The notes under the pieces were generated by a model. The model had not been told where the DNA came from and made no database searches. It saw only the letters and a program-made list of their open reading frames with translations. From the human T2T-CHM13v2.0 reference genome, Homo sapiens, in assembly GCF_009914755.1 (NCBI RefSeq), contig NC_060925.1: 64,000 bases of DNA; one strand, given 5' to 3'. A program made the translations under genes and the position numbers. This document shows, piece by piece, positions 1 to 19,899 of this stretch; within the stretch, counting starts at the first letter, position 1, and the number at the start of each line of letters is the position of its first letter.

Positions 1-4243
<4,243 letters not shown>

Positions 4244-4609
4244 TAGTATTCTTAATGAATACTCCAAAATATCTCCTTAAAGCAACAAGGCCTTCTCTCA
4301 TTTTTCTTTTTGGATTTTTTTTCCTTCCCCAAAGCTAATGAGTCACCCATACCAAATATTCCTATGTGGCTTCTGTCACCAGCATAACCTTCGTAGAAAA
4401 CTACTCAGGTTTTTTCATCTTCCCAAGATATGGCAATAACCAAAGGGCTCAAGATACTGTACTCCCAAATTCCTACAGAACATCTGTGTAATATATCTGT
4501 ACATCTGTACGGAATGCATCAGTGTAAAGACAATCATGCCCAATTTTAATGAATCTGATGAAAAGCCATTAAATGAATCAGTGCTGGGTTACTAAAATAA
4601 TTCTCAGGT

Positions 4610-7134
4610 TTGCTGACTTTAAAAATTATATTTTTAATTATAGAATATTGTTAGAATAATACAAACACTAGGATAACTGTGACCAATACCATAAGGAAAA
4701 CTGTTCTACATATTGATTTGTTCATTAATTCTCCACAACCATAGAAAACAGGCACAAAGTGTTCACGGGATGTGCAGAGGCAGCCAGGGACTTGGGAGCA
4801 GAAGGCATGCAAAAAGCATTAGTGAAGGGAGTCTGATGCATGAGTTCTATACAAAGTTCAACACAGCAAACGGGCAACAATTGGCAGAAAGAGGAGACAG
4901 CTGGTGTGGCCCTTGTCCTTTAAGTTTCCCAGCTAGATTGTTCATGTATGGAGATAGCTGGGTGCTTAGAAGCCTTGTTTTAAGCCCTTCACCTCCAAGA
5001 AGCCAAAAGCAGCAGCAGGAACTGGTTGGGGTGGGGCAAGAACAGTAGGGAAGGAAAAGGGGGTGAAATACAGTTAGGTCATGGAAATGCGGTCATCTAT
5101 GGCCACTCCCAAGCTGATACCCATAGTGGCTCACAGAAGCAACAGGAGAACTTTGACATTTATTAAAACCATCAGCAACATATATGAGAAAAGACATATT
5201 TGAGTTTAGTTACCAAGAACATGTGTCACCCGACAATTAAAATATGGATACCCACAGTCTGCTAGATTTTGTAAATAACAAAAAAACATGCTCCTTGCCT
5301 GAGTTTGTCCTTAAAAAGGAGTGGCAACATGAAGGAACCCCCCTGGAAGATGGGTTACTTTAAAGGTTGTGTTATTAACAAGTGATGTGGTCCCACACAG
5401 CTGTGGGTCACAATAACTCATTATAGTACCCACCCAGAGAGACCACTGGCTCCTTTAACACCAAGTCCTAAAAAGCTATGGCAAAACATTTTTAAAATGT
5501 TACAACATTCACAATAAAGAACAGTAGCAATAAAGCACAGTAGAAATAAACTGGGGGTACTCTCAAAAGAAAAGATATTCCTCACTCCAGTCCCATTTTC
5601 TGGGCACCAATTCCCTTCCACCCCAACATGCTTGGATAGCATCAACACTTGAGATATTTCTTAATTCCTACCTGGACTGAGATTAGGAAAACTGACACTA
5701 CTGGGCTTAAATTGGGCGAACTGTTATTTTAACCTCTTATATCTGTAGGGTGGGAGGATGGAAATACATTCCTACCGAGGTTCGTTAATTCCTTCTGACT
5801 AAGCCAAAGAGTTCTTCATTACCATAGAAGATAATTCATTCTGAGAATAGGACAATCGACCTATTTGTCTGGTCATTATCTTCCACAATTGACAAACACA
5901 TACAAACAAGTGCTTAGCTCTGTACAAAGACAGACCTTACAGGAGAGTGCACACTAAAGCACTAGTGTTTAAATTATTTTCCATAATGAAAAAAGGACAT
6001 TTCTCACATTGGAGTTATGTCTGTACTTCTGTCACATGACTCACATCACCCAAGAACATGCTAAGTCTCTGTAAATTCAGTTTCTATTAGAAAAACCACA
6101 GGAATACACATTACTGTACATACACATGCCCTGATGCAAGCTAAGATAAACACTGGGATGTGGCCCTTATCAAATCTTAGAGTTAGCAGGATAGGAAGAG
6201 TTGATCTTAAAGATTAGAAGGGAAAGAACACAGAAACGACCTACATTCCTTGGGAAGGGACTCTGTGGTTCCTTCCCTGAAGGACTCAATTCCACTTGCT
6301 CCTTACACTTAACTGTCACTGATGGTCCTATCTTTTCTTGAAGATATTTTCTATACAATATTCCCTATAGTGATCCCCAAAGAAAATTCATAAATCTGAT
6401 TAATGGCAGTAATAACTGTGGGCATCTTCTGCTAAAGTCACCATCATTGATGGGTCCTTGGTCCCCAAACCTGTGTCTCATTTTTCCTTTCCAACCGTAT
6501 CTTCAGTTAGCCTTCACAAAGATGCAAGCTTTAAAGGAGCTAATTAGAAACAATGAGAAGGAGAAAAGTTACAATCATTGCCTTCATCGTGCAAAATCTT
6601 GCCCTCAGGAAGATGGAAAAGATACAAATGCATGAGCAACTCAAGGAAAAAGCCCTTTGGAAGGGAAGATGTGTGTGCCCAACTACTATGGTGTGTGAAT
6701 AGGTGTGGCAATTTAGGCAGAGTCTCTAGTTGCCTTTTTCCAAAGCAGCCATTACCACCCTATTACAGTCCCACGTTTCACTTAGCATAGTTCCTTGGGC
6801 CAAGGATGGGAGAAAATAACATTGAAAGATTTACTCCATTTCCAGGCCTAGGCATTCACCAGCATTTGTCCCCTGGTCTTCAGATTTCCAGTTACTTGTG
6901 GGGCTGCTTTTAATGAAGTAACCCATTGAGTGAATAAAAATCACCATTTTGGAGGAGATAACATTCCCAAAGCTGAGGGTCAGAATTTCAAATGGCTTGT
7001 CATCTCTGATGGTTTAAATCGTGGCCCACAACTAGGAGAGTATGATAAAAGCAGCTCAGTCTTGAGGGCGTTCATTGATATCAAATAAAATTGTATCTTC
7101 AAATGAATCATTTCTCAGCCATCATAATTACAGC
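4610..7134 (-). other. ZNF436: ZNF436 3' UTR (about 2.5 kb, Alu-free) with candidate poly(A) signals
   Basis: Follows the stop codon. Minus-strand AATAAA at 5159-5164 and ATTAAA at 4633-4638. The distal end is inferred. Confidence 0.65.
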
Positions 7135-8412
<1,278 letters not shown>

Positions 8413-8459
8413 CTAGTAAGTACAAAAATTACCTATTGTGTGCCAGGCACTATACTAAA

Positions 8460-11103
<2,644 letters not shown>

Positions 11104-12214
11104 GCCTTGTAATCATTTTTAAACCCATTCCCATTCCCAAACTTATTTGGGCAAGAAACCAGTTTTTTGGCGCTTTCATCCTTCTAACAAGTGCTTTTGG
11201 GGCTAAACTGTAGAATTGTAAATTCACATTTTTTAAAGATTGTCATTTTTTGCTTTTGTTGGATTCAGTGGAATATTTGGGTTACAGACTGCAATAGATC
11301 TGGATAGATAACTATTTATGGTTACTTTTATAAAGAAAGGATTCAAGAAACTAGGGACATCAGAGAAAGCTCAAGTTAAAAAGGAAAGCCCTCAGAGTTG
11401 CCTTTTGTTCTGAAAAAGGCTATGGGAATAAAGATTTCAAAAACAGGATTAATCCTAATGAATGGCAAATGACCTAGTGACCCATACACGCTTGCTAATG
11501 TCTGTCAAGTCTTGACAGGAGGCAAAGTGAGGCAAAGTGAGGCAAAGTGAGTCAAAAGACCGTTCAGCTCAAGAATATACTCTTTATTCTAGTTACACCC
11601 AGACCAAAGTACAGCAAAGAGAGAAGACAGGCTTGCAGACCATGAAAAAAAAATCAGCTGCCCTCTCTAATAGAATTTGTGATCTATTTCAGCATTCTTC
11701 TGGAACAGCATTTGACACACTACAAATCTATCATCATCAACACTGAAACATCTCTAGATGAGAATCTACTCAGCTAAGGAACTTGAGGCAAAGCTAGGGC
11801 TCTGAAGCCAAAACAAACACAAAAAGGTGGCTTTCGCCCTCCCATGAACCTGGGTTAGAATCCCCTCATCTTTTAGCACCCTAGAGTAAAAGCACTAGTT
11901 ACGGGGCATTTATATTCTGGCAAGCACTATTATGCCAGACCTGTTTGGTCAGTGATCTGTACAAACAGGCTGGAGATTGGAAAATGACTCAGGGCACAAG
12001 AAATCTGAACGTCTAAGACGTGCAGAAGCAGTTTTTTTCTTTTTAGACAATATGACCTGGATGTTCCCATATTCAAAGATCTGCCTGAGGACTCAAGTCA
12101 AGCCAACATCCAATTAAGTGCTTTAAAAAATCAAACCACTAGGCTGTGTTGAAAGAACTAAGTCATTTTGACACGATCTCAAAAACGTGGAGGCAAAGAA
12201 AGGTAGAATCCTTA

Positions 12215-12352
<138 letters not shown>

Positions 12353-13039
12353 TCACACGATACTTCCCTACTATTCTGTATTTAGGACTTCTTGAAATTA
12401 GAAACATGATTAGAAATATTCAGGAGGAAAAATATATTAAATGTGACCTATAGAGTCCAAATAAGAAATAAACAAGCAAAAAAGAGATGTGGTAAAGAAG
12501 GCAGCAATTTATGAGCTGATTGCTCTGGTCCCATGGCCAGCTATCCCTGCCCCACTCAGGAACTTTATCCTCTGGCTGTGACTTTCTCAGGACATATCTG
12601 GCACTTGCATCGCTCCATACCTTTACTCATAATGTTCCTCTTTTCCTGGAATATTCTTCTCACACTAGAGAAATTCTACTACTCTTTAAGGTCCCGCTGC
12701 AGTACCAACTGTTCTTCAATGCCCCCTACCCCTCTGCACGGCTCCACTCCCCTTGGATGCCCCAGATAGACTTAATCACGCCGACTTCTTGGGAGTGATT
12801 CCCACACTACAGCACTTTGTTCCTACAGCAAGTAGAGCACTTACTACGTTGTGCCACGCTTAAGTGGATGCGCCTTTCTCCCTACAGATTGTGAACTGTG
12901 AGCTGTGAGCTAGAAGGTAGCGCCCATCTCGTCCATCTTTTATCTCCCCAGTATTTAAAGGCATACAGCAGGTGTTCGATATATGTTTGTTTGTGACTAT
13001 ACTGGCCTGGTACTAGGCCCCTGGAGGCAGAATATCGAA

Positions 13040-14720
13040 GCCAGCGAATTACTAATCCCAGGGAATTTCCCACAGGGACTTGCAGAGCAGAGAAACGCCG
13101 GACGAGGTGGGTAAGCAGAGACAAGGTCTGAGAAGCCACCTCCGGCTTACCTGGGACCCAGCCATGAGCAGGGTGGCTGCCATCTCGAGCACAAGGGTTC
13201 GCCTCCAGGGAGAGAGAGCAGGAAAAGCAGCTAGCAGACAGCGCTGAAGGAGGCGAAAAGCAGGGCGTGAGGCACGGAAAACAGGCCCTGCCCACTCCCC
13301 AGGGCTGGAGTTCTGGCCCCAAGGCGGGCAGGGAGGGCCCTGGACCAGGGCCGGGTCACTCTCCTCCCTGACCCTCGAGCGCGACCCGCCCTCTGCGTCT
13401 CCGCCACAGCGGGGTGGAGGCAATGCCGGAATCTACTAGGACAGCCCCCTGGCTGGGTCCCTCCCGCGCCGGGGGTTAGACCGCTGCTGTCTCAGGGAGG
13501 AGGTGCTCAGCTCAGCCCAGGGAACGCCTCCGCTCTGCCATCTCGAGGCCGGGTCCTTTCCGGCAGCTGCCTCAGCCAATCAGCGAGCGAAGTTCGTGAA
13601 CCACTCTGCCAATCAGAGGCGGAACACTATGCCCGCCTCCCACAGCCTGGCCAAGAGCCTCTAGTGCGCCTGTGCCTGCCCCCATGGCCTGCCGGGAGTT
13701 GGAGTTCCACTCCCGCGTACAAAAGCTAGCCAGAGGCCAAAAGCCAAGGAGGGAAAAGAACAAAAGGGTGAAAAAGTAAGCGCGTCCTCCCAGTCAGGGC
13801 GGAGTATTCTCGCTTTTTTCTTATGGAGACTGCAGCACGATTAAGCTAGAGGCTGCCCTGCTTCGCCTCACGTCCCTAGAAGCTTCTCTTGAGTCGGGCC
13901 TTATTATCTGCGAAGTCAGGCCAATTTAGGCGCTGGCCTGTGTTGAGCTGAGCTAGAATGAGCCCCTGCTTGACAGCACAGGCTGGAGAGGGAAGCGGCA
14001 GCCGCCCACTCCCCAGGGGAGACTCGGAGGCCGCGCTGGAACTTTGAGCCCCGCCCACGCACTACATCTCCCAACAGCGCCTGCGGCGGCGCGGCTCTGT
14101 ACGCAATACAACTCCCGAGAGGCCCCGCGCCGCCCCGCGCCGGGGCGACTCGGGAGTGCGGTCGGCAGTAGAGCCTGGCGGTGTCTTGGCTTCGGCGCTT
14201 TAACCCTGTAGGGGCGTGCGACTGCGTCCTTCTCAAGGGGGCGCCCCTCGAGCGGCGGGCTGAGTGGCGTCCAGCGGCGGGGAGGCGAAAACCCTGGGGG
14301 ACTCAGAAGCGGGTGGCGGTGTAGGGCGTGTAAGGAGGAGATAGCCAGGCCCCTGCGGGGGGGGCGGGCCCTCCTTAGCGTCCCAGAGGGCTTGTCTGCT
14401 ACAGGGGCTCCCAGCGGCCTCCCGCACCGAAGGGACCCTGGGCGTCTGAGGCCCTGATCCGGGCGGGCCTTCAGGATGTTAGCAGTCCCTGTCCGGTTGA
14501 AGGTAGGAAGCCGAAAACCCGAGTGGGGGACGAACAGACTTACCTCCTGTCCCGCAAAAGATCCACTAGATCGTCGTCTCCAAAACCTGAGAGACCGCGA
14601 ACGGGTTCCAGAGCCGCAGCGTTCTCTCAGACCTGGCGTTCAGGAAGATTCTAGAGAGCACGGGCAGGTCCCGGAGGTCTCAGACCCGCAGGTAGATCTC
14701 GAATTCGTAGACTTGCAGGC
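13040..14720. promoter_or_regulatory. CpG island / bidirectional promoter of ZNF436 and ZNF436-AS1
   Basis: High GC and CpG density. CCAAT boxes at 13576-13580 and 13609-13613 (33 bp apart). GC boxes. Three ZNF143/SBS-like motifs: ACTACATCTCCCAACAGCGC 14061-14080, AATACAACTCCCGAGAGGC 14105-14123, and minus-strand AACTCCAACTCCCGGCAGGC 13687-13706. Confidence 0.88.
13151..13183 (-). CDS. ZNF436: ZNF436 first coding segment (MAATLLMAGSQ)
   Basis: gagATGG Kozak context at 13183, CAG|gtaagc donor at 13151/13150. 33+127+1253 = 1413 nt = 470 aa + stop. An acceptor ccttcag| at 13244/13243 gives a 93-nt internal form of this exon. Confidence 0.93.
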
Positions 14721-14856
14721 GAAGCCCAGATATCGTAGGCTGATCCTAAAGACTCAGATTCCCGAGGCCTCAGACTCGCAGGCAGCTCAGAAACCACAGG
14801 CTCATAGGCAGATCCCTGAGACCACAGAGGCTGGCCAAGAAACCACCAGCAACTAA
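14476..14856 (+). CDS. ZNF436-AS1: Putative 126-aa ORF of ZNF436-AS1/C1orf213; coding status doubtful
   Basis: True ATG with A at -3 (aggATGt), non-Alu sequence, internal repeats QVPEVSDPQ / QIPEASDSQ / QIPETTEAG. No recognisable domain. Confidence 0.35.
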   Translation: MLAVPVRLKVGSRKPEWGTNRLTSCPAKDPLDRRLQNLRDRERVPEPQRSLRPGVQEDSREHGQVPEVSDPQVDLEFVDLQAKPRYRRLILKTQIPEASDSQAAQKPQAHRQIPETTEAGQETTSN

Positions 14857-15040
14857 GCTGCATTCAGCTGGAGTTCCTCGGAACGGGAGGACTCGCAGCT
14901 CTCCCTTTCCCCAGCCAGGATGAGGGAATTAGACAATGGAAGTCGAGCACTGGGGAAAGCAGGCATTCTGCGTGGGGAAGAGCTCCCAGCTCGCTGTAGC
15001 CTTGGAGAGGGAAGTGATGGAAAAAGAATATAGCAGCTTA
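14544..15040 (-). other. ZNF436: Probable alternative upstream non-coding first exon of ZNF436
   Basis: Consensus minus-strand donor GGAG|gtaagt at 14544/14543 pairs with the acceptor at 13244. The 5' boundary is approximate and not determinable from sequence. Confidence 0.6.
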
Positions 15041-15431
15041 TTAGGGACTCCCACCCTCTTCAAGTTATAAATATCCCCAGAACCTTGGCTACGTGCCCGG
15101 AAGCCTGTTGTCTCTAACTGTACAGGAGACTTCTCTGCCTGGGCTGGGAAAGGGGCCTTTCTTTTGTTTTGCAGATAGATCCACCCACTGAGGAACTTGA
15201 AAATTTTTTTCAAACATAACTCCAGGCCTTGCTTTTATTAGTGAGTGTCCTGTTCCCAGTGCCCGGTTATTTATGATTAAATTACTGAAGTGTCTAAAAA
15301 GAACAGAAGGACCCACCCCAGCCATAATGCAGACTTTCCCATTCCTTCTCTTTCCACCCGCAACTGTGGGGCTAAGAATTCTTAAGATGTCACAGAATTA
15401 TACCATCCTACCTCATCTAAAGTCGATCCGA

Positions 15432-15531
15432 GGCTGGTCCGATGGTAGTGGGTTACCAGAACTTAATAACATTAATAACTCTAAAGTTAGTATACAACCC
15501 CCCACTGCTAAATTTGGCTATAAAAATAAAA
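15432..15531 (+). pseudogene. Y4 RNA (RNY4) processed pseudogene
   Basis: GGCTGGTCCGATGGTAGTGGGTTAcCAGAACTTA...TATACAACCCCCCACTGCTAAATTTG matches hY4. A-rich tail. Decayed TSD aaagtcgatccga / aaaattgatctga. Confidence 0.93.
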
Positions 15532-18379
15532 TTGATCTGAGCACCATATAAAATGGAATCCTGGAGGGTCCCCTAGAGGCAGTATCCCCAGTGGAAAGAG
15601 CGTGGGCCTCAAGGTCAGACAAGCCTGGTTTGGAATCCAGGCTGTGTATCCTTTGGAAAGTCATTGAATCCAGGCCCATTTCCTTTTCTCTAAAATGAGG
15701 GTCATCATACCTAAGGATGTTGTGAGGCGTGAGTGAGATGATTAAAGCGTTCCAGAGAGTGCGCTCTTGGATGATAGCCGTTACTTTTTATTAACCCTGG
15801 CTTTGGTGGTAAGGGAAACTTCCAGAAATGCTTGTGGGTATATTGGATAGCTCAGAAAATCTGGGAAATCAAAGTGGCTCAATAGCTGTGAGGAACTGTG
15901 GGTGACTTTATCCTCACATCGTGTTTCTTCCAGAAATTCAGACGCAACAGAGGTTAGGCCAGTTTGGTGGGTTCCAGTGAGCGGTGTGTTGAGCCTAGTA
16001 GAGCATAGGTACTTGGGGTTGCCAAAACCCCAGCAAGTTGAGGCTTCACGCTCAGGGAAACTTCTGGGTCAGAGGTTAATAACCACGCTCCTTGGAGCAA
16101 GGAGGAGGGGAGCCTTTCTGACTAGCTGAAGTAATTGCAGGTTTCTAACTGGGCCTAAGGTGAGCTGAGGGCTTGAGCCCCTCAGCCCAGCGGGGGTCCC
16201 TTTTCATCCCTTCTCTGACAGATTGCTTTGTAAACTTTCTTAGGCCTTCCCCCCACCCCTTTGCCCCAGTGCTTTAAGCCCTTCTTTGTCTTCTTGCTGT
16301 TTCTTTTATTCCTCAGGCCTGCGGGGCGGGGGCGGGGTGGCGCCCAGGACGACTCCCCGGGCTCAGCTTGGCTGCCTGCCTCCTTCTGTAAGTGCTTTTT
16401 TTTTCTTCACCTGGGACCCTCTAGAGGTTGGAAAGAGAAGAGAGGCTGGGAGCGGATGGAAAGCATGACTGCATCTGGAGCCCCTGGGGGGAGTGGGGAA
16501 GAGGGAGTGGAAGGACAGTGGCTGAGGGGCTTCCTGTTGCAGCCTTCAGCTGGACTCAGGGTTGGGGTCACTGGAGGAGGAGGTGGCTTCCTGCCCCATT
16601 GTTCTGGACTGCAGTGTTTCTTGGGAATACTTACTGTATGTGGATTTTCAGTAACCAACTTGGAAAGCTGTATTTGTTCCCATGATTCAGCAAACAATGA
16701 GTACCTACTGTGTGTAGAAGCAGCAGGACAGCCTGTCATCACTGGGAAAGAGGCCAGAAGAGCCGTTTGGCCAGGGTCTCCAATTTAGGCTTTCAACATT
16801 ATCTCTAAAGAAGGTTATACATTATGTCGGCTCCACTGGCTGATGGGATCAAAGACCCTCCTTGTATATCCTTAAACCTGTACTCTATTACCAGGCCACT
16901 GTGCCTGTGGAGCACTGTAAGTTCCTACCTTTTAATAAATTTTATAATTATCTTGTGAGCAGCACAATTGTCATAGTTTTTTGTATCAGAAACATTAATT
17001 TGTTAAACATTTTAAAACATGCCTTGATGTGTGTAATCCTGTTTTGTCATCTCTTCATTTTCAAACAGATGGGGCACCTCAAAAAATCAAAATGACCTGG
17101 GCTTCTCGTGAGCCCTGCTAGGAGGGGTGATAAAGGCTCATCACTGCACAAGGAGTTGGGGACGTGGGGGACACACTGACTTGCAAACAGTCATTGCAGT
17201 CCAAGTGCTATAATAAGGGGTGAGCTCGTCTGCACCCAGGAGTGGGTGGACTCCTAGCTGGCGGGGAAGGGGGGAGGCTTCACGGAGGAGGTGACGTCTG
17301 AGCTGGTAAGACTGTAGGAGTTTGGAGGTGGAGAAGGTGGGAGGGAAAGCATTCCAGTCTTCAAGAACAGCATGTGCGAAGGCACGGAGGCGTGAAAGGC
17401 CAGAGCATGTTCCAGGCTGGTCAGGATTGGTTATGGCTAGAGGGAATAGTGTGGGGGTGGAGCAGCAGGGGGAGGAAGCAGAGCACGGAGAGTCTCCTAT
17501 GTCCCCTTGCCTGTCTCCCTGTTTGTCTCTGCCTTTGGCTGTGAATCGCAATGCTAATGATGAGGTAAAGATGCGGGGCTGCCCAGGGACTGGCCTGGGG
17601 TGAGGCAGCAGATTGACTCTGCAGAGGAGGGGGAAGTGGAGATGATTGGGAAGCTCTTATGACCTCATGCATTTCAGCTGGTTTTCTCCAAAAAGAATCA
17701 ATATTTTCTAAAAATGTAGACAATTGCATTAAAAATGCAATACAAACTTATTTAGTATTATTTGGCCTACTTAAAGATATCAAACAGACCCATACTCACT
17801 GAACCCTATTCTGTAGCAGCTGCTGAGCTGGGAAATAGGACACCACCCCTCATGACTGCAGGGCTGCTGCGTGGATTAAATGTGAGAATGGTACAGAGGA
17901 TGGCCTTGGCATACCATGGCCATCACTATTATGGGGGGAGGAAAAACACATCACAGATGTTCTGTGAGGTGAACATATTGCAAAGTGGCTCAGAGCATGA
18001 CCTGGGCTCTGGGTTCAAATCCAGATTCTTTCTCCAAAAACAAATGACTTGGCTCACGCCTGTAATCCTAGCACTTTGGGAGGCTGAGGTGGGCGGATCA
18101 TGAAGTCAGGAGTTTGAGACAAGCCTGATCAACATGGTGAAAGCCGTATCTACTAAAAATACAAAAATTAGCTTGGTATGGTGGCATGGGCCTGTAATCC
18201 CAGCTACTCAGGAGGCTGATGCAGGAGAATTGCTTGAACCTGGGAGGCGGAGGTTGCAGTGAGCCAAGATTGTGCCACGCAGTCCAGCCTGGACGACAGA
18301 GTGAGATTCTGTCTCAAAAAAAAAAAAAAAAATTACTCTCAGAACCTTAGTTTTCTCAGTCTGCAAAGACTATAATAAT

Positions 18380-18900
18380 ACAAATTCATAGAAAGTAGAA
18401 TAGTGCTTTCCAGGGCTTGAGGGGAGGAGGAAATGAGTTATTTAAGGAGTATAAAGGTTCAGTTTGCAAGATGAAGAGTTCTAGAGACTGGTTGTACAAC
18501 AGTATGAATGTACTTAACCTTACTGAACTATATACTTAAACATTTTTAAGATGGGCTGGGCGCGGTGGCTTATGCCTGTAATCCGAGCACTTTGGGGGGC
18601 TGAGGCGGGTGGGTCACATGAAGCCAGGAGTTCCAGACCAGCCTGGCCAAGGTGTTGAAACCCCGTCTCTACTAAAAATATGAAAGTTAGCTAGGTCTGG
18701 TGGTATGCACCTGTAATCTCAGCTGCTTAGAAGGCTAAGGCACAAGAATCACTTGAACCCACGAGGCAGAGGTTGTAATGAGCCGAGATCGCGCCACTGC
18801 TCTCCAGTCTGGGCAACAGAGAGAGACTGTCTCAAAATAGATTTTTAAAAAACTGCTAAGGTGGTTTATGTCATGTGTAGTTTACTACAATTTTTAAAAA
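18380..18900 (+). mobile_element. Old L1M 3' end fragment split by an Alu
   Basis: GAAAGTAGAATAGTG..CCAGGG...TTCAGTTTGCAAGATGAA.AGTTCTAGAGA..GGTTGTACAACA.TATGAATGTACTTAA. Confidence 0.7.
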
Positions 18901-19530
18901 ACAGTATAATAATAGTAACCTAGTTCATGAGGTCAGAGGGCTCACTGAGGCAATCAATGTAATGTGCTACCCTGCACTCATAGTAACAATAGCTAATATT
19001 TACTAATCAGTCACTATGTGTCAGGCCTGATTCTGCTGCTCTCTTTGTATTAACTAAATGAATCCTCACAACAACCCTTTGAGCTAGGAGCTGTTATTAC
19101 CACTGTTTAACCGATGAAACCAGAAGCATGCAGAAGTTGTATAATGTGCCCAAGATATCCAGCTAGTAAATGCTCAATGATTAATAGATATTACTGACAC
19201 TGTCATACAAAGAAATTTTAAAGGAATCATCATCATGAAGGTTGAATGCAATGTGTGCTAAGAGAATTTCACGATGCTATGGGAGTTCTGAGGAACCATC
19301 TCATGTTGCTAGGGGATCGGAGACCTCATAAGAAGATGTGCATCTGAGGTGAGCCTTGAAGAATGGATAAGATTTGGATCTGGCTGAGGAGAAGGAAGCA
19401 GTATAGGTATTCACAAATGGGAAGGCCCATTGGGTATTCAAACACAGGGCAAATATCTCCTTTAGCCTGGAGCATAAGGGACAGCAGAGGTGGACGATGA
19501 ACCACCAAAGCCAAGCAGAGGGCAAGGGCC

Positions 19531-19899
19531 TGTCAGGCCTCTGAGCCCAAGCCTGCACGTATACATCCAGATGGCCTGAAGTAACTGAAGAATCACAAAA
19601 GAAGTGAAAATGGCTGGTTCCTGCCTTAACTAATGACATTACCTTGTGAAATTCCTTCTCCTGGCTCAGAAGCTCCCCCACTGAGCACCTTGTGTCCCCC
19701 ACCCTTCCCCCTGCAGAGAACAACCCCCTTTGACTGTAATTTTCCATTACCTACCCAAATCCTATACAACGGCCCCACCCCTATCTCCCTTCACTGACTC
19801 TATTTTCGGACTCAGCCCGCCTGCACCCAGGTGAAATAAACAGACTTGTTGCTCACACAAAGCCTGTTTGGTAGTCTCTTCAGACGGACGCGCGTGACA
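19531..19899 (+). mobile_element. HERV-H solo LTR (LTR7 family)
   Basis: TGTCAGGCCTCTGAGCCCAAG...CAGCCCGCCTGCACCCAGGTGAAATAAA...GCGTGACA. TG..CA termini and a perfect 5-bp TSD gggcc (19526-19530 / 19900-19904). Inserted in an L2. Confidence 0.93.

Larger units (their letters stand above)
14140..17000 (+). ncRNA. ZNF436-AS1: Antisense lncRNA ZNF436-AS1 (C1orf213)
   Basis: Starts in the CpG island just after the SBS motifs. Plus-strand splice signals: donor 14502/14503, acceptor 15933, donor 16159/16160, acceptor 16316. AATAAA at 16934-16939. Identity comes from knowledge of the locus and the ends are approximate. Confidence 0.7.

Noticed and set aside
16261-16788. 175-aa plus-strand ORF in the AS1 3' region
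   Set aside because: Non-ATG start, crosses apparent splice sites and low-complexity tracts, no domain.
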